Origin: Bilabrum cf. latius
Taxonomy: Eukaryota
Assembly (NCBI GenBank): GCA_965178125.1
Contig: OZ237747.1
Coordinates: 124,001-188,000 of the forward strand
Reading direction: 5' to 3'
Length of the DNA: 64,000 bases
The position numbers and the translations under genes are program-made. Below, piece by piece: positions 36,601-50,100 of the stretch; the first letter of the stretch is position 1, and each line of letters begins with the position of its first letter. The notes below the pieces were generated by a model, which worked only from the letters and a program-made list of their open reading frames with translations, did not search any database and had not been told where the DNA came from.

Positions 36601-39600
36601 ATCTTGAGCACGGACCGCCCTGCGCCCTTGAGCTCCACCATATCCAGGGCTTTCAGCAGCGGCCCATTGAGCAGTTTCTGCAGCTCGTCTCGCGGCATGT
36701 CCAGCCTCTTCTTGCGGATGTCTTTCAGCAAGCGAGCCAGCTGCGCAGACACGTTGGAGCCGGCAAAGTCCATCACCTTGTCTTGCAGCCGGGCCGCCGC
36801 AGCCTCGTTGGCCACGTCATCATTTCCAGCCGCCAGCTCGGCCGCAACCTCCCTCTCGTCTCCGTCGCCTATCTCGTCCACGCCGCCTGCGTCTTCCTCC
36901 GCATCACCATCCCCAGCGGCTCCCGCTCCAGGCCCGCCTAGCATGCTCAGCGCAGATTTTCCCCTCTTCTTCCTCAACCTGCTGCTGGACCAGCCGCCGC
37001 TGCTCGTGTCCTCAACCTCGTCTTCGTCGCTGTCCGACTCGACGGCGGCCCTGCTCTTCTTCTTCTTCCGCCGCTGCGGGCTGTCTAGGATATCTGCAGC
37101 ATTGGCCCACCCCGCATCCTCGTCGACATCCTCGTCATCGTCGACGATGAAGCCATCCAGATTGTCTTCATCCTCGTCGTCGTCCCTCATCGCGCCTACC
37201 AAGCGAGGCGCTTTGAATCCGCCGGAACCGACTGTGAATGCAGCAGTTCCCCCATGCCTGGCGCCCAGGAGCATCCGCCGCTCCCGCTGCTTCTGTCGCT
37301 GCAGCCGCGCCTGCGCCTTACGCTGCTTCTGCCGGCGTACGACCTGCAGGAGCTGGCTGTCGTGGAAGAGTGCAGGGTGGCAGCAGAACATGCGGAGTCG
37401 GAGGAGGGTCACGAGCACGTTCACCCACTGCGCCGCGTGGCTCTTGGAGTTCTTGAGCACCTTGTCCAGCTCGGTCTGCTCCCTCTTCTCGATCTCCTTA
37501 TAGGCAGCCATCTCCTCCTCGCTGAGTGGGTGGCACAGCAGGGTCTCTCGCTTAGGAGGCATGGCGACGAGGGCCTGCTCCATGACCCCGGTCCTGTCGG
37601 ACTTGACCCGCCGCAGGACGTGGGAGCTGAGCGTCTCCTGCAGCTGCTTGATGGACATGAGCACCTGCCTCTGCTTTTCGGTGGGGAGTGGCACCTTGCC
37701 GTCTTTGCTCTCCAGCGACTTGAGCACGTCATTGTCGATCTGGCTCACGAGATCCAGCCACACGTTGTGGAAGCACACTGGCTCGATGAAGCAGAAAGCC
37801 AAGAGGCTCTGCACGTCATCGAAGGTGTTGTGCACCGGTGTGCCGGTGAGAACCCACCTCCGTGAAGACTTCAGCAGAGAGGCCGCATGAAACCCTTTGG
37901 TTCTGGGGTTCTTCACCTTGTGCCCCTCGTCCAGCACGATGCGGAACCAGACAGTGCTCAGCAGAGGCCGCGGGCGGGAGGCAGACGCAGGCAGGTCTGG
38001 CACGCCCTTCTTCCGTCTCACGCGCTTGGCCGCGCTCCCGTCAGTTCGCGCTCGCTTCGCTCTTGGGCCTTCGTCCTCCTCATCACTGCTGTCCTCGCCG
38101 CTAGAGTCTACATCCCCGGCGGCATCTCCTTCGAGTCCATCAGTAGCCTGCCCGCTGGCAGCAACAGCTGCGAGCTGGGCCTTCTCCCGAGCCCGCGCTG
38201 CCGCTCGCTGCTGCGGCGTGAGAGCCAGGGAGCGAGAGCCGTTCATGAAATTGCGCCTAAAGTCCTGCATCTGCCTCGAGGTCATGTGCTACAGGGACTG
38301 CTCGATTCCGATCATACCCGACTCGTGGATGCGATAGCATAGCTCAGCATCCCTGTGATCCACTTCTGCCTCTCGGCATAGCAGCGGAGTGGGCAGGCCG
38401 TTGCTGGGATCCATGCCCACCGCTTTGCTGAGTCGGAAGAAGTTCACTTTGGAAAGCTTGGAGACTCTGACAAAGTACCGGCTGTGTGGATCGGCTAGCT
38501 CATCGGGCAGCTGTGCGAGGCTGCCTCGGGCTCGCCTCCCCCTCCTCTCCAAGGGCCCAGCGAACACGGGAGGCGCCTCCTCCCAGTCCTCGTCGACCAC
38601 CGCATCGTCGTCCCTGGCCAGCTGCACAGCGCTTACAACCTCCCGCCATTTGCCGGCCGTATCCTCCCATTCGCTGGACCCTGTTGCGGTCCTACCGCCG
38701 CCCTTCCGCCGCTTCTTGCCACCTTTTTCAGTCGGCCCGCTAGCCGCCATCTTGTCTTGCTGCCGAGCCCACCGCCCGAGCACGCGGATCTGGGCCTGTG
38801 CCACGTGGGCGCGGACATGCTCGGTGTACTCGGCCTGCGCTGACACCACGGCAAGAGTGGGTATCGGTCGGTTCTTGATGGTCAGCTGTTGCCCTTTCCG
38901 TGAGCTCTTTGATGCAATGCATGAAGTAGCGTAGACAAAGAGCTCACGAGATAGCGACTTGCAGGGTGCCGCCTCACCAGAGGCCAGCGCCTCGTCGGTC
39001 TCCTTCATCTCATCCCGCTGGATGGCTGTCATCATCTTGCCGCCCTTGCCCTTGGCTGTGATCAAACGGTCACTGGCCTTAACCGCGACAAAGTCGGCTG
39101 CATCAACCGGCTCGTCGTCGTCAATCTCCTGACCAAAAGCGTCAGGTGCCGAGTGGCTCGACTGGCTCAGCGGGCTGCTGAATCCGAGCTGCGCGTGACT
39201 GAGAGCACCTGCTTTGCGACCTCGTCGCCGCGGGGAGCCCATGGCGTCCTCCTCGTCCTCGTCCTCGTCCTCGTCCTTGTCAGATGCAGATTTCCCCCGG
39301 GCTTCCTGCTACCTCTCGGCTCTCCGCAGCACCTTCAGCTCTGCCTGATTCCAGCTCTCCTGCAGCACGCTCATCTTGCCCTCGCACACGTCGTGATCCT
39401 TCAGCTCGCCCATAGCCCTATCGACGTACGGCCAAATGTGTCGGTGCCGCAAATCGCCCTCTCTGAATGGTCGGCCCACCTCGTTTGCCAGCGTGCCATA
39501 GGTGGTGATGACCACGTCAGCCTTATCGAAGCCAGACAAGTCCCGAGTACCATCTCCATGGTATACGTGCACCCTCAGGGCGTGTCTCCTGCCGATCCTT

Positions 39601-40868
39601 GTGCCGATCTCGTGGACCCACTGGTGCAAAACCGAGAGGGGCACGACGATGAGAGTCTTGTTGGACTCGCCTTGTTCCCTGAAACGCATCTGATGACCCG
39701 CGACCTGGTGAGAGTGGTGGCAGAAATTAAAGTACTTGTGGTTCTGCTTGATCTCGCGCTCCCGCCGGAAGAGCTCAGCTGGGGCCTCTGCCTCTGCCCC
39801 TGCACCTGCACCTGCCCCTGCCCCTGCCCCTGCAGCTGGTACCCCGTTCGGCTGCGGCTGCGGCTCCGGCTGGGGCGGATCCGCCCGCGCCGCGTTCTTC
39901 TTAGCCCCGTCGTCGCCCGAATCGCTGTCACTGCCTCCCTCAGAGTCACTCAGCTCGATGAACCCGCCCTTGGCAGAGCCGCTGCCTTGCGGTTTCGAGG
40001 AAGGCGAAGCCGAGGCCGAGGCCGAGGAGGAAGACGAAGAAGAACTGGAACCTGGCTCTTCTGCGCCTTGGCCATTGCTGCTACTGGCCCCTTTCCAATC
40101 GAGGTCCAAATCGTCTTCATCGCCCATCATTCGGACACCCCGGTTACGGACAGCAGCCTGGATTGATTTGGTGCGGGCAAACGCAAGCGGGTTGTAGCGA
40201 GCTGGGACCATAGAGGGCCGCTCGTAGTCGTCCAAAAAGCACGATACAGCGTCTTGGCAGCCTCGTGGAATCACATGGGATTCGTATCGAGCCCGGTACG
40301 CTTGCGGAGTGTTGGCAAGCATGGTAGCGATGCAGGTAATAGTTTTGCCTAGGCCTTGGTCATCGGCTAAAACTCCACCCCCGCTGAGGTCCTCGTGTAC
40401 ACGCATCCATAAAAGTCCCTGGCGCTGGTGCGGGCGCAAGTCAACCTTCAGACTTGGCGGGATTCGCAAAGAATCTTCAAATCTAGCGAGCTCGCGTGTA
40501 ACCTGCTCGCGCTGGTTCCCAAGGATTTTATAGATGCCAGCGACCACCCCATAGTCAGTTTCATTTAGGTTGTCATCAGCCTGCTCCTCTTCATCCTCCT
40601 CCTGGCTTCTGGTGTCTGCTTGCGGACCCCCGTCCGTCACAGCACTTGCTTCGCCAACCTCGTTGGGCTCTCCGGACTGGACAGCAACTGATGCGGCAAC
40701 CTCACCCGCAATCATGCCATCGCCATCGTGCGAATTCTAAGGCTGCAAGTCTAGGTCTCGTGACATTGTCGATGCAGCCACAGCGCGTTGCTCCTCCTCT
40801 GAAACCTGTTTTCGTATCTAGTTGATGAATTCATCGTCGCTGTCGTCAGAGGAGTCAGATAGTTCCAT
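33669..40868 (-). CDS. RAD5/RAD16-family SNF2 ATPase fused to a RAD7-like BC-box + LRR module, intronless, ~2,399 aa
   Basis: Motifs in order: [86 protein letters not shown], then IPSLQNLC and Cys-containing LRRs. One frame with 10 TAG (40818, 40737, 39309, 38289, 36348, 36135, 35748, 35493, 35472, 35268); stop TGA. Confidence 0.85.
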
Positions 40869-41139
40869 TGTTTTCTTGATGCAATAAAGTGTATCGGACT
40901 AGAGACGGTTGCAGCGAGATGGGACTGCCAGCACGACTACTTTTCTTCCAATTCGGACCGAGCGAGGATGAGGACAAAAAATTGGTGGATCCGGACGGTG
41001 CGCCCCGGCAAAGTTGCAAACAAGAGAGATCTACAAATTATGCGTGTAAATTGGTACACATGCAGCAATGTGTCAGCTTCACAGTCATTGCTGGGCTCCT
41101 TGCATTACGCGGTCCACACGTTCCATCGCCCAGGTTCAT

Positions 41140-44100
41140 TCACAAGAGCCCGGCTTGCTAGTGCCTCCGACCCAGCTTCATGACCGCGCGCATGAGCACG
41201 GGCGGTAGGTGCGGCAGCCCTTGCCCCACGATGAAGCTGGGCAGCCGCACACTCTTTGTCTCCGCAGGCTTGCCCTCGCCCTCGCCCGTGCCCTACCCGC
41301 TCCCGCTCGCCCCTCCACCCACGGGCACCTCGGCCTGCAGCCCGGGCCCGGGGTGGAACACGAAGAACCCGCCATCAGGGCCAAGTATCTCGGCCAACTC
41401 GGCGTCACTCGCCGCACGAAGCGCAACCCGAAGCCCGGTGAGCGCAGTGGCGGCGATCTGCACGCAGTGCAGGTACACCCGCTGCGAGGAGAACCCCCTC
41501 AGTGCGAAGGGCGGCAGCCCGTGGCCGTCCGCGGATGCCTTGGCGATGCGCTCCAGCTGCTCCTGCTGCGGCAGCGCCAGGCCCATGTGCGCCGCCGCCG
41601 CTTCCTGCACCAAAAATGAAGTGGTCACCGCGAGCCCCTACCTGGTTCGAACCGAGGACAGCGAGTCCCTGGCCCCCGCGGCACTGCGAGCAACCACGGA
41701 GCCGGAGCCTGGCGTGGACGCGCCCGCCGCCGCCCCCGCAGTGCTCGCCGGTTGCAGGGTGTTGGGCGCGGGGAGGAGGCTGGAGGGCGCGGTGGTGCCC
41801 CGCGCCGATGGCCCGGTGCTCTCGATCGGAGGCACAGAGGCGGAGGACATGCCCGTCTCGTTGCGGCGTACGCCAGGCGGCGGCGAGTCCCCGACCCCGT
41901 CGCCATCCCGGTCCCTGTCCGGAGAAAGGATCGATGCCAGCCCGTCCAGCCCGTGCACGCCCTCCTTTGTCTTGCCCGCTGCCACACCGTACCACATAGG
42001 CAGCTCGTCCAGCGCCACTGCATCCCCGGGCACCTCCTGCAGCCACTGCTCCACCGACTGCTCGCATGCCTTGGTCAGCCGCAGGCGGGTCTTGCCGTGC
42101 GTTAGCAGCATCTTCACGAGGGTCTTGGTCCGCTGGGCCTGTCTCTTGATCATGCGCTGCATGGCCTCATTGCTGACGTGGACGCAGTCGGGCACGCCTT
42201 GGGACTCGTGCTCCATGGCCGTGGTGACGGATTGCCCGAACAGGTGGTACCGCGGGTCCTTGCTGCCAACGACGCCAGCGATCAGGCCTCCGCTGTGCAC
42301 GCCCACCCGCATGCGGATGGGCTCTCCAGAGATCTCCCGCACGGTGGGCATGTACCGCACCATTTCGAGCCCGGCGTTCACCGCGCGCTCTGCATGCCCC
42401 TCGTCCGGCTCGGGGCACCCGGACACGCCAAAGTAGGCGTCGCCGATGAGCTCGATCTTGGCCACCCCGAACAGGCTGGTCAGCTCGTCGAATCGGCTGT
42501 AGAGCTGGTTGAGGAAGGTGAGCAGCTCCTCCGGCCTGATCTTGGAGGCGAACTGCGTGAAGCCCTTCAGGTCCGTGAAGAGGATGGAGCAGGACTGCAC
42601 CGTGTCCGCCACCTGGTGCCCGTCCAGCAGCTTCTCGGCGACCGAGGGCGGCAGCAGGTTGTGCAGCAGTCGCCTGTTCCTCTCCTGTTCCTTGGTCACC
42701 TTCTGCCTCGCGTGGTCCATCTGGATGGACCGGAAGAAGTTGAGTCGGAGCGACATCTCTCTGGTCAGCACGGGGATGGCTTGCCCGATGAAGAACACGA
42801 AGAGGTAGATTCCGTCGGTGACGATCTTCTGGAACTGAATGGGCTCGAAAGCGCTGCAGTTCTGCACGAGGCACTGCTTGCACTCACCCTCCAGCGTGTC
42901 TTCGGTGCTCACGTCGCACCGGCAGATGTCGCCCACGCTGCCGTCGTCCGGGTGCGACGGGGGATCCGCCAGGCAGGCGTCGTAGGCTGTCTGGTTGGTG
43001 TTGCCGGCGGCCTGGCACTCCGACTCCGCGTCTCGATTGCGCAGTGACTCGGTCAGGGCAGGGATCAGCACCAGGTATGCCACCACGGCGAGGAAGAGGA
43101 CCAGGCAGCGGTAGAACATGGCCACCAGCGACACGTTGAGCGCAAACACGACGTACAGCGCCAGGATGCCATACCCGGGCTGCTGCCCCAAGAGGGAGAT
43201 CGCCACGATGCACAGGCCGATGAGGAACATGCCCGTCGCCGTGGTGCCCTCTGCCACGTGCAGGCTGCTCTGATACGCCTCAAGGTGCGACATGCCCACG
43301 TAGATGAGCGCGATGGGCAGCATCACTGCGTACCTCAAGATGCTCAGGTTGGTCCAGATCTGCAGGCAGTTGTCGCCGGGATCGTCGCGGCCGTACAGGA
43401 TAAAGTCGTAGAGAGCGAAGATCACGAGTACCGCGATGGCGAGAAGAGCGCTCCAGTAGGCGAACCTCCTCCACGTGTCCTTGTGCTCCTCGTGGTACAT
43501 GCGCTCCAGCACGGTCCCGGCGTCCTCGCCCCTGGTCCGCTCGCCCACGCACTGCTGACCGCACAGGGCACCGTCAACAGAGTGGAAGCACACGGCGCAG
43601 TACTGGCGGCGCTTTACCACCACCGTGTCTAGCTTCTTCCGGCGGCGCCTCGTGTCGTGATCGTGACCGCCACCGCGCCCCTGGCCCGCCCGCGGTGACT
43701 CAGGACCGCCCTCGTCTTCGCCGTCCATCGCTCCCGGCGGCTGCGCCACGTCCTTTCCGACACTGCTAGCCAGCGCACCGGCGTTGGCGGCGTGCAGCAG
43801 GTCGTCGTCAGTCGGTGCGTCACCCACGCCCTGCAGCCTGGGCACAGCCCCTGCCGCGTGATGCTGTTCATCGCCGCTGAAGGACACCCGCACTGAGGCA
43901 GAGCCTCCCGCGAGATCGGTGGAGGCCGCGTGCACGCGCTCTGCGCCGGCCATCCTGTGACCCGGTTGCGCCCCACCGGCGCCCTCCTGCCTCGAGTGGC
44001 CCTCCTGGCCCCCTGCTGACCGCACCACTACCACGCCCTGCGAGCTGCCACCCTCTGCCCCTGCCAAGGAGGAGTCCACGTCCACTGTGCGCACCCTCGG

Positions 44101-47100
44101 GGCAGGGGAGCGGGGCTCCTGAGAGGCACCCGCGCCGTCATGCCGAGGAGTCACGGCGGCGCCCGGGGCCGTGGCCTCGGAGGCGTGCTGAGTCCCAGAA
44201 GACCCCGCCGCCCCGCCGCCTCTCGACGACACCCTCTGCGGCATGGACATCTCGATGGCGGCAGCCTGGGCCCCTGACACCTCTGCGCCGACGGAGGACC
44301 TGCGCATTCTCTCTCCCTGCTTGCCGCGACTGGTGGTTGTCCCGTTCTTGGTCTGGAAGGAGTGAGTCTGCCTGAGCGAATGCTTCTCGACCTCGAGACC
44401 CCTCGAGCCGTGCGAGGACCCCTGGCTGCCGCTCCCCACAGCAGGCGAGGCTGTGTGCAAGTAACCGCCCCCGTCCTTCCTGCTGGCAGCCCTGGCCTTT
44501 GCGTCGATGCCAGCGCCCGTTCGCACCGGCACGAGCGCATTCCCAGCACTGGAAGCCGCAGCACCACCCCCGCAAGCATTGCCGACCCCCTTGCCGCCCA
44601 CCCCGCCCGATCCAGCTGCAGCCTCTGCCTCTGGATCTGGGTACTCGTTGCCCAGCTCGAGATCGTCGCAGGTCCGCTCCAAGAGGTCGAGCGCCCCTGC
44701 GGGTCCGAGCACCTGCCACACATCTCTGCAGTCCAGCCCCTGCAGCGTAACGAGGATGGCGCGGGCCTCGACCAGATCCCTGCCCTCTTCCTTCTTCGCC
44801 TTGGACCCGTTCTTCGCGGCGATCCCGTTAGCCGCGTCCTCGTCGGGAGCTGGCGGCAACGGGGGCGTGAAGGGCCGCACGGGCCGGGGGACGGCTCGCC
44901 CCTCGAGCAGCGCAAGTCGCCTGAGCCTAAGGAGGTGGAAGTAGGACTTGGCAGAGCGGGAGCGGGGCCTCCGCATCGGGCCGTTGTCCGTCACGGCCGT
45001 GGACACCCGGAATCCAGCGGGCGCCTGCACCGCCAGCACCGAGTTGCGACGGGTGCGTCTCGGTCCCGAAGACCGGGCCCGTCGCGAGCGCGACTTCCCC
45101 TTCCCCCTCTCTCTGCCCTCGCTGTTGGCTGCCTCCGCGGCAGCAGCTGCCTCAAAGGCCGCCTGTGCGGCATCGCCCGCCGCGGGGTTCTCGTTCTGAG
45201 CGAAGCTGATCGCCCTGGTGGCGGCGATGGCCCGCGTGTACCTGGACCGCTCGATCTCCTTCATGAGCGGGGGCGGCTCCACGGAGACAGGCGCCCCCGT
45301 GTTAGGATTGCGGAAAGGCCACCGCTCGGTGTCTGGCTCGAGCGGCATGGTGATGGGGTCCATCGTGTGGTCCGTCGCGTCGCTGAACAGGCCAGGGTAC
45401 TTTTTGTACTTCTTTGGCACCTTGGCAGGCGCCCGGGCCTCTATCACGCCCACTGGCACACGCACGCGCCGGAAGGCCCCGCCAGCCCCCGCGCTTCGCA
45501 GGGCCGCGCCCCCGCCTTGCGGGTTCTTGTGCCCATGCCGCGGCGGCTGCACCGACAGACTCCTGCTTGCGTGAGCCGGGGTCAGGTCCGTGGGACCATC
45601 CCCAATCAGCTCGTCCATGCCCGCCCCGATGTGACGAGTGGACATGACCATGCTGTGTTGCGACCCCTCCTCGTCCCCCTCCTCGGCGCCAGGCTCGCCG
45701 TCCTCGACACCCGCGCCGATGCCTACGGCGGCGTTGTACAACTCCTTGAGCTTCTCCGCGGCCCGCTGGAACTTTTGTGCGTTGCGCTTGTCCTGCTTGT
45801 CGTCGAACAGCCGGCGGCCCTCGAGCGCCTTTACGGCCTTGAGTGCCTGGGCCTTGAGCATTACGTTCTCCTCGTTCTGGGCAGCGCCGGCGCCGTTCTG
45901 ACCCGCGCCCTTGGGTTTCTTCGCCCTCCCACCATGAGAGCCACTGGTGCCCCGCCCGGGCCGACCTCTCCTGCGGCGGATCTCTTTCCGCCTGCTGCTC
46001 GTCTGGGTCTAGCGTACCACGCCCATGCCCTGCGGGAGGTGGTGCAGGGAGCCGGAGGGGTGGTGCACGGGCTCGCCGGGGAGCTTGATCGTCTTGTACT
46101 TGGCGATCGCGCTGCTGTCTTCCTCTCCATAGTGGCCAGCAGCACCGGGGTCGTGGATGCGGGACCTGCGCGGGGATCCGCGACGGGAGGGCGAGTTCGG
46201 CCCTGGGCTGCCCTGCTTGCTTCCATTGCCCCCGCCAGCAGCGGAATTGGCACCGACCGCTGACGCTGCGCCCGCCGAAGAACCTCTCGCGGCAGCCCCT
46301 GTTCTGGTGCGCCCGCTCTCATCGGAGCCCTTGGACGCTGGAGCAGACGACGGCGACTGGCCCTGGCCTGTCTGCGCGCTGGAGGGTCCATCGGCGCTGC
46401 TGCTGCCGGTCGCAGCACCCCCCGTGGCAGCCCCACCTGAGTCCAAGCCGTGGGCGGTCGAAGCCGAGGCCCCGCTCATCTTGAGCTCTCCCCCCAGCCC
46501 CAGCTTGGCACCTTTGCCCTTGTGCGCCGGCCCGTCAAACCGCACCATGCGCCGCTTCTGCAGCTCGCCGAGCCCCAGCTGCCGCGTGGAGTACCCCATC
46601 GTGGTCACGGAGCGGCGCCGCTGCCGCCGAGCAGCCACCCCGCCGCTGACCTTCTTGCCAGAGCCTGGCCGCTTGCCCGAAGCACCGCTTCGGTCGGCCC
46701 ACTGTGGCGGTGTGCCCACCCCGGGCCTCGGCAGGGACGCGGGCTTGGACGGCGGGGCCCCACCGATGCCGATTCCCGCCCTCTTGGGGTCCGCCGTGTG
46801 CCCCCTCGGGCGGTTCAGTCTGGACCGGCGGGGGGTCTGCGGGGGAGTGCCGACCCGAGGGCTGGCCCCGGAGACAGGCAGACGCACGGGTGCGAATTTG
46901 GGCTCGGGATCCCCGCCACCCGCTGCCACGGGTGACGGCGTGGCGGGAGTCAACGCCCCGCTGTACGACCTGCCCCCGGGACTGGCGCCGCCCCTGCTCC
47001 TGTCGCCATCCTCGTGCACGTCAGAGTCATCCGAGAAGCTCCCATGGGAGCGCATGGACCCTTCGTTGTTCTCCGCGTCGATCCAGGCCGCCAGGGCGTC

Positions 47101-50100
47101 CGACGTCACCGAGTTTGCTTCCAGGTGTGCAGTTGGATCGGACTGCTGCCCGGTGCCCCCGGAGGAGGTGTGGAAGAGACCACCCGATGTTGTGCGCGTG
47201 GACCCGGCGCCCTGGGCACCGGAAGGACTCTGCGGGTTATGCTGCACACCCTGCCTGCCGCGCAGGCTGGCCCTGCCTCCCGTCGATCCCGGGAGAGGCG
47301 CCTGCGCGTGAGCCTGGAGATCCTGGTGCACTGCGCCCCGCCCGCCCGCTGCCATGCCCGCATCATCTGAGGTGGGTGCCCGTCGCCTCGACTGCGCCAA
47401 GGTCATCTCGCCACCCTGCGCACCGCCGGCCCGCGGGTCCGTTGTGTTCGCCCTCTATCGCTGGAAGGCAGCGCTGACCCGCTGCTTGCGGATGTGGCCA
47501 ATCACAGCTGCGCGCGCCTTGCGGGCAGTTTGCGAGAGCTTGCTGAGCTTCGAAGAGGAGCCTCGCGGCTCGCTAACCAGCATGGCAGCGACGTCCCCGC
47601 TGGCAGCCGCCGCCTGCAAGCTGCCAGCGGCTATGAGCCCACCCGGCTGCGAGGCGATACGCTTGGGGCGGGGGCTCAGCACCATGACCGGGGTCGTGCT
47701 GCGGAGGGGGTCAGCGGGCGCGGCATTGGAGGCAGCGTTCGCGTCCTTGCCTTTGCTCTTGTTCTTGCCGCTTGCGCTGAGCTCGGACGGGTTGCCCGAG
47801 TAAAGCAGAGGGGCCAGAGCGGAGTGCACCGCTATGCCATCGCTGCCGCTGGGCTTGGAGGATAGGATAGCGGCCTTGAGGTTGGTGAACAGCGCCTCGC
47901 GGGCAGGGGTCATCACGCCCGCGGGATCCTTTAGGATGATGGCGCCGCTCGCCGCACCATCCGTCCCGACTGCCTCGTCGAATTTGCCTTGCGCAGACCC
48001 ACCATCTCCTGCCCTAGACCCGGCGAGGGAGACGCCACGTCCCGCAGACTCGCCCTTCCCCACCACGGGGTCCCCGGCGGCGCTGCCGCCCTCCCCGAGC
48101 GTGGTTTGCAGTGCCATTAGTACCTGCACGATCCGCTTCAGACGCGCAGCTTGCCGCTCGCGCGCCTGCTGCGCACCGGGAGCCGCCCCCGAGCTGGCCG
48201 CCGACCCCGACGCAGCCACGCTGCCGCTGCCCGAGCCGTGGCCGTGGCCCGTGTCGCCGGTTGCGCCTGCTTTCGCCTTCACCTGCGAGGACGATATGTT
48301 CCGCAGGACGTCCTGGAACGTGCCTTCCTTGGAGCCCCCTTGTTCCCCAGCACCGGAGGGGCCCTCCTGGATCGTGTCGAGGCCGCCAGGCCGGTAGGAC
48401 CCCGCGCCCGCCGCCGACCCATTGTCGCCGGTCCAGGCGCTCGCGGAAATCTACCCCCCAAGCATCACCGTGAAGGATGGGTTACGCAGCAAGGCCATGG
48501 TCCCGCCGGCGCCGGGCACGCGCACCACACCGCGCTGCCGGGCGCCGGCCCCTCTCTTGGCGTCGCCGGTCAGCCCCACGGCCTCGTCCTCGTCCTCGTC
48601 GTCAGCCACCTCCTCGTCAACCAGATCGTCGCCGATCGTCGCGTCCGTCCCCTGCCGGTTGGCAAAGGGGACCACCGCACGGCCAGGACCGCCACTCGGG
48701 GAGGAGGTGGTCAGACCTGGGCCTGCCGAGTCCTTGCGGGTGAGCGGGTCACTCTGCGGCTGGTCCAGCCCGAGCATACCGCTGAGCTGCACCGCAAGCG
48801 CGTCTGAGCTGCGACCCCCTCCGATCAGCCGGGCGAGGTCCTGCTCCTCCCTCCTGGCCTGCGTGCGGCTGCCTCCGGTCATGTGACGGTCGCTGCCCCC
48901 GAGCATGGTCCGCTGAACGATGTCGCGCTGAAGCTCCCGTCGGTTCACCACCGAGAGTCCCGGGTCCAGGATCTGCGAGACCTGCACCAGCTGGTTAAGG
49001 GGGTCCCACTGCAGCCGTTCGCCGCCATTGCCGTTGCCGTCACTGCGGGCCCCAGCGCTGGAGCGTGCGCCGGCGTCGGGACCGAAGGGGCGCCTGGCCA
49101 TGGACTGCTCCAGCGCACCGGCCGCCCTGCGCACCGCTGGAGATCCCAGCTGGCTGTCGCCCTCCAGCCGCTCCGACAGCACGGAGTCGGCCGCGGTTCC
49201 GATTGGGGACGGTGCGCCGGATACGGCCCCACCGAGGCCTCCCGCCCGCTCCTCGCTGGCCGCAGCCTGTGAGCCCGCATGAACCGCGTCGTCCGCTCCC
49301 TTCCCGTAGAGCCCCTCCACGAGGGCCTGATCCCTCTTCGTCATGCTGCCGAGGGAGGGCACCGAGCGGAGCCGCTTGGCGGGGGAGCCGCCCCTGCGGC
49401 TGCCCGACTCGCCGCCCGCAGACGCAAGGGTGGCGTCAGTGCCTGTCGTGGCGGTGGAGCGCAGGCGCTGGGCGGTGGGCGGGTCCGTAGCGCTCGCCGG
49501 CCCGATCTCCTGTTCCTGAGCCCCGGGCCCTCCTTGCTGCTCCTCCCCGTCCTCCTCGCCCTCTGCCAGCATCTGCCGCACGAAGTTTGCGATCTAGGGC
49601 TAGTCCTCGTCGTCCGCTCCATCGCCCGAGGCGTCGTTGAGGCCTTTGGCCTGCCTCTCGTCGTCGCACGGCATCCCATACTTGTCAACGAAACATCGCC
49701 CCAGCGTGGACTGCGCGCCTGTGGCCGACACACCAGCGTAGGCGATGGCCCGCATGGCGTCGAACTGGTGCTGCACCTTGTCGTGGTCGTTGCCCTTGGG
49801 GGCCTCGTACTCAAGCACGGCCAGGAGGTTCTCCTCCCCCTCACGGCCGTTCTCCACCAGCCCCAGCCCGCCACACGCGCCCCCTTGCAGCGGCAGTGAG
49901 TCCTCTCCGCCCTCGTCGTACCTGGGCCCGTACAGGATCGAGTGCCCGTCCTCACCTCGGGCGGCCAGATCCAGTCGGGCACGGTCCAGCAGAGTCAGTT
50001 CGAACCGGCGACGGTGCTCCTCGACCTCCTCTTCGTCGTCCTGGTCCTCTAAAAGCACCTCCGACTCGGTCAGGGCGTATTGTGCGCTGCCGTCTTCGTT

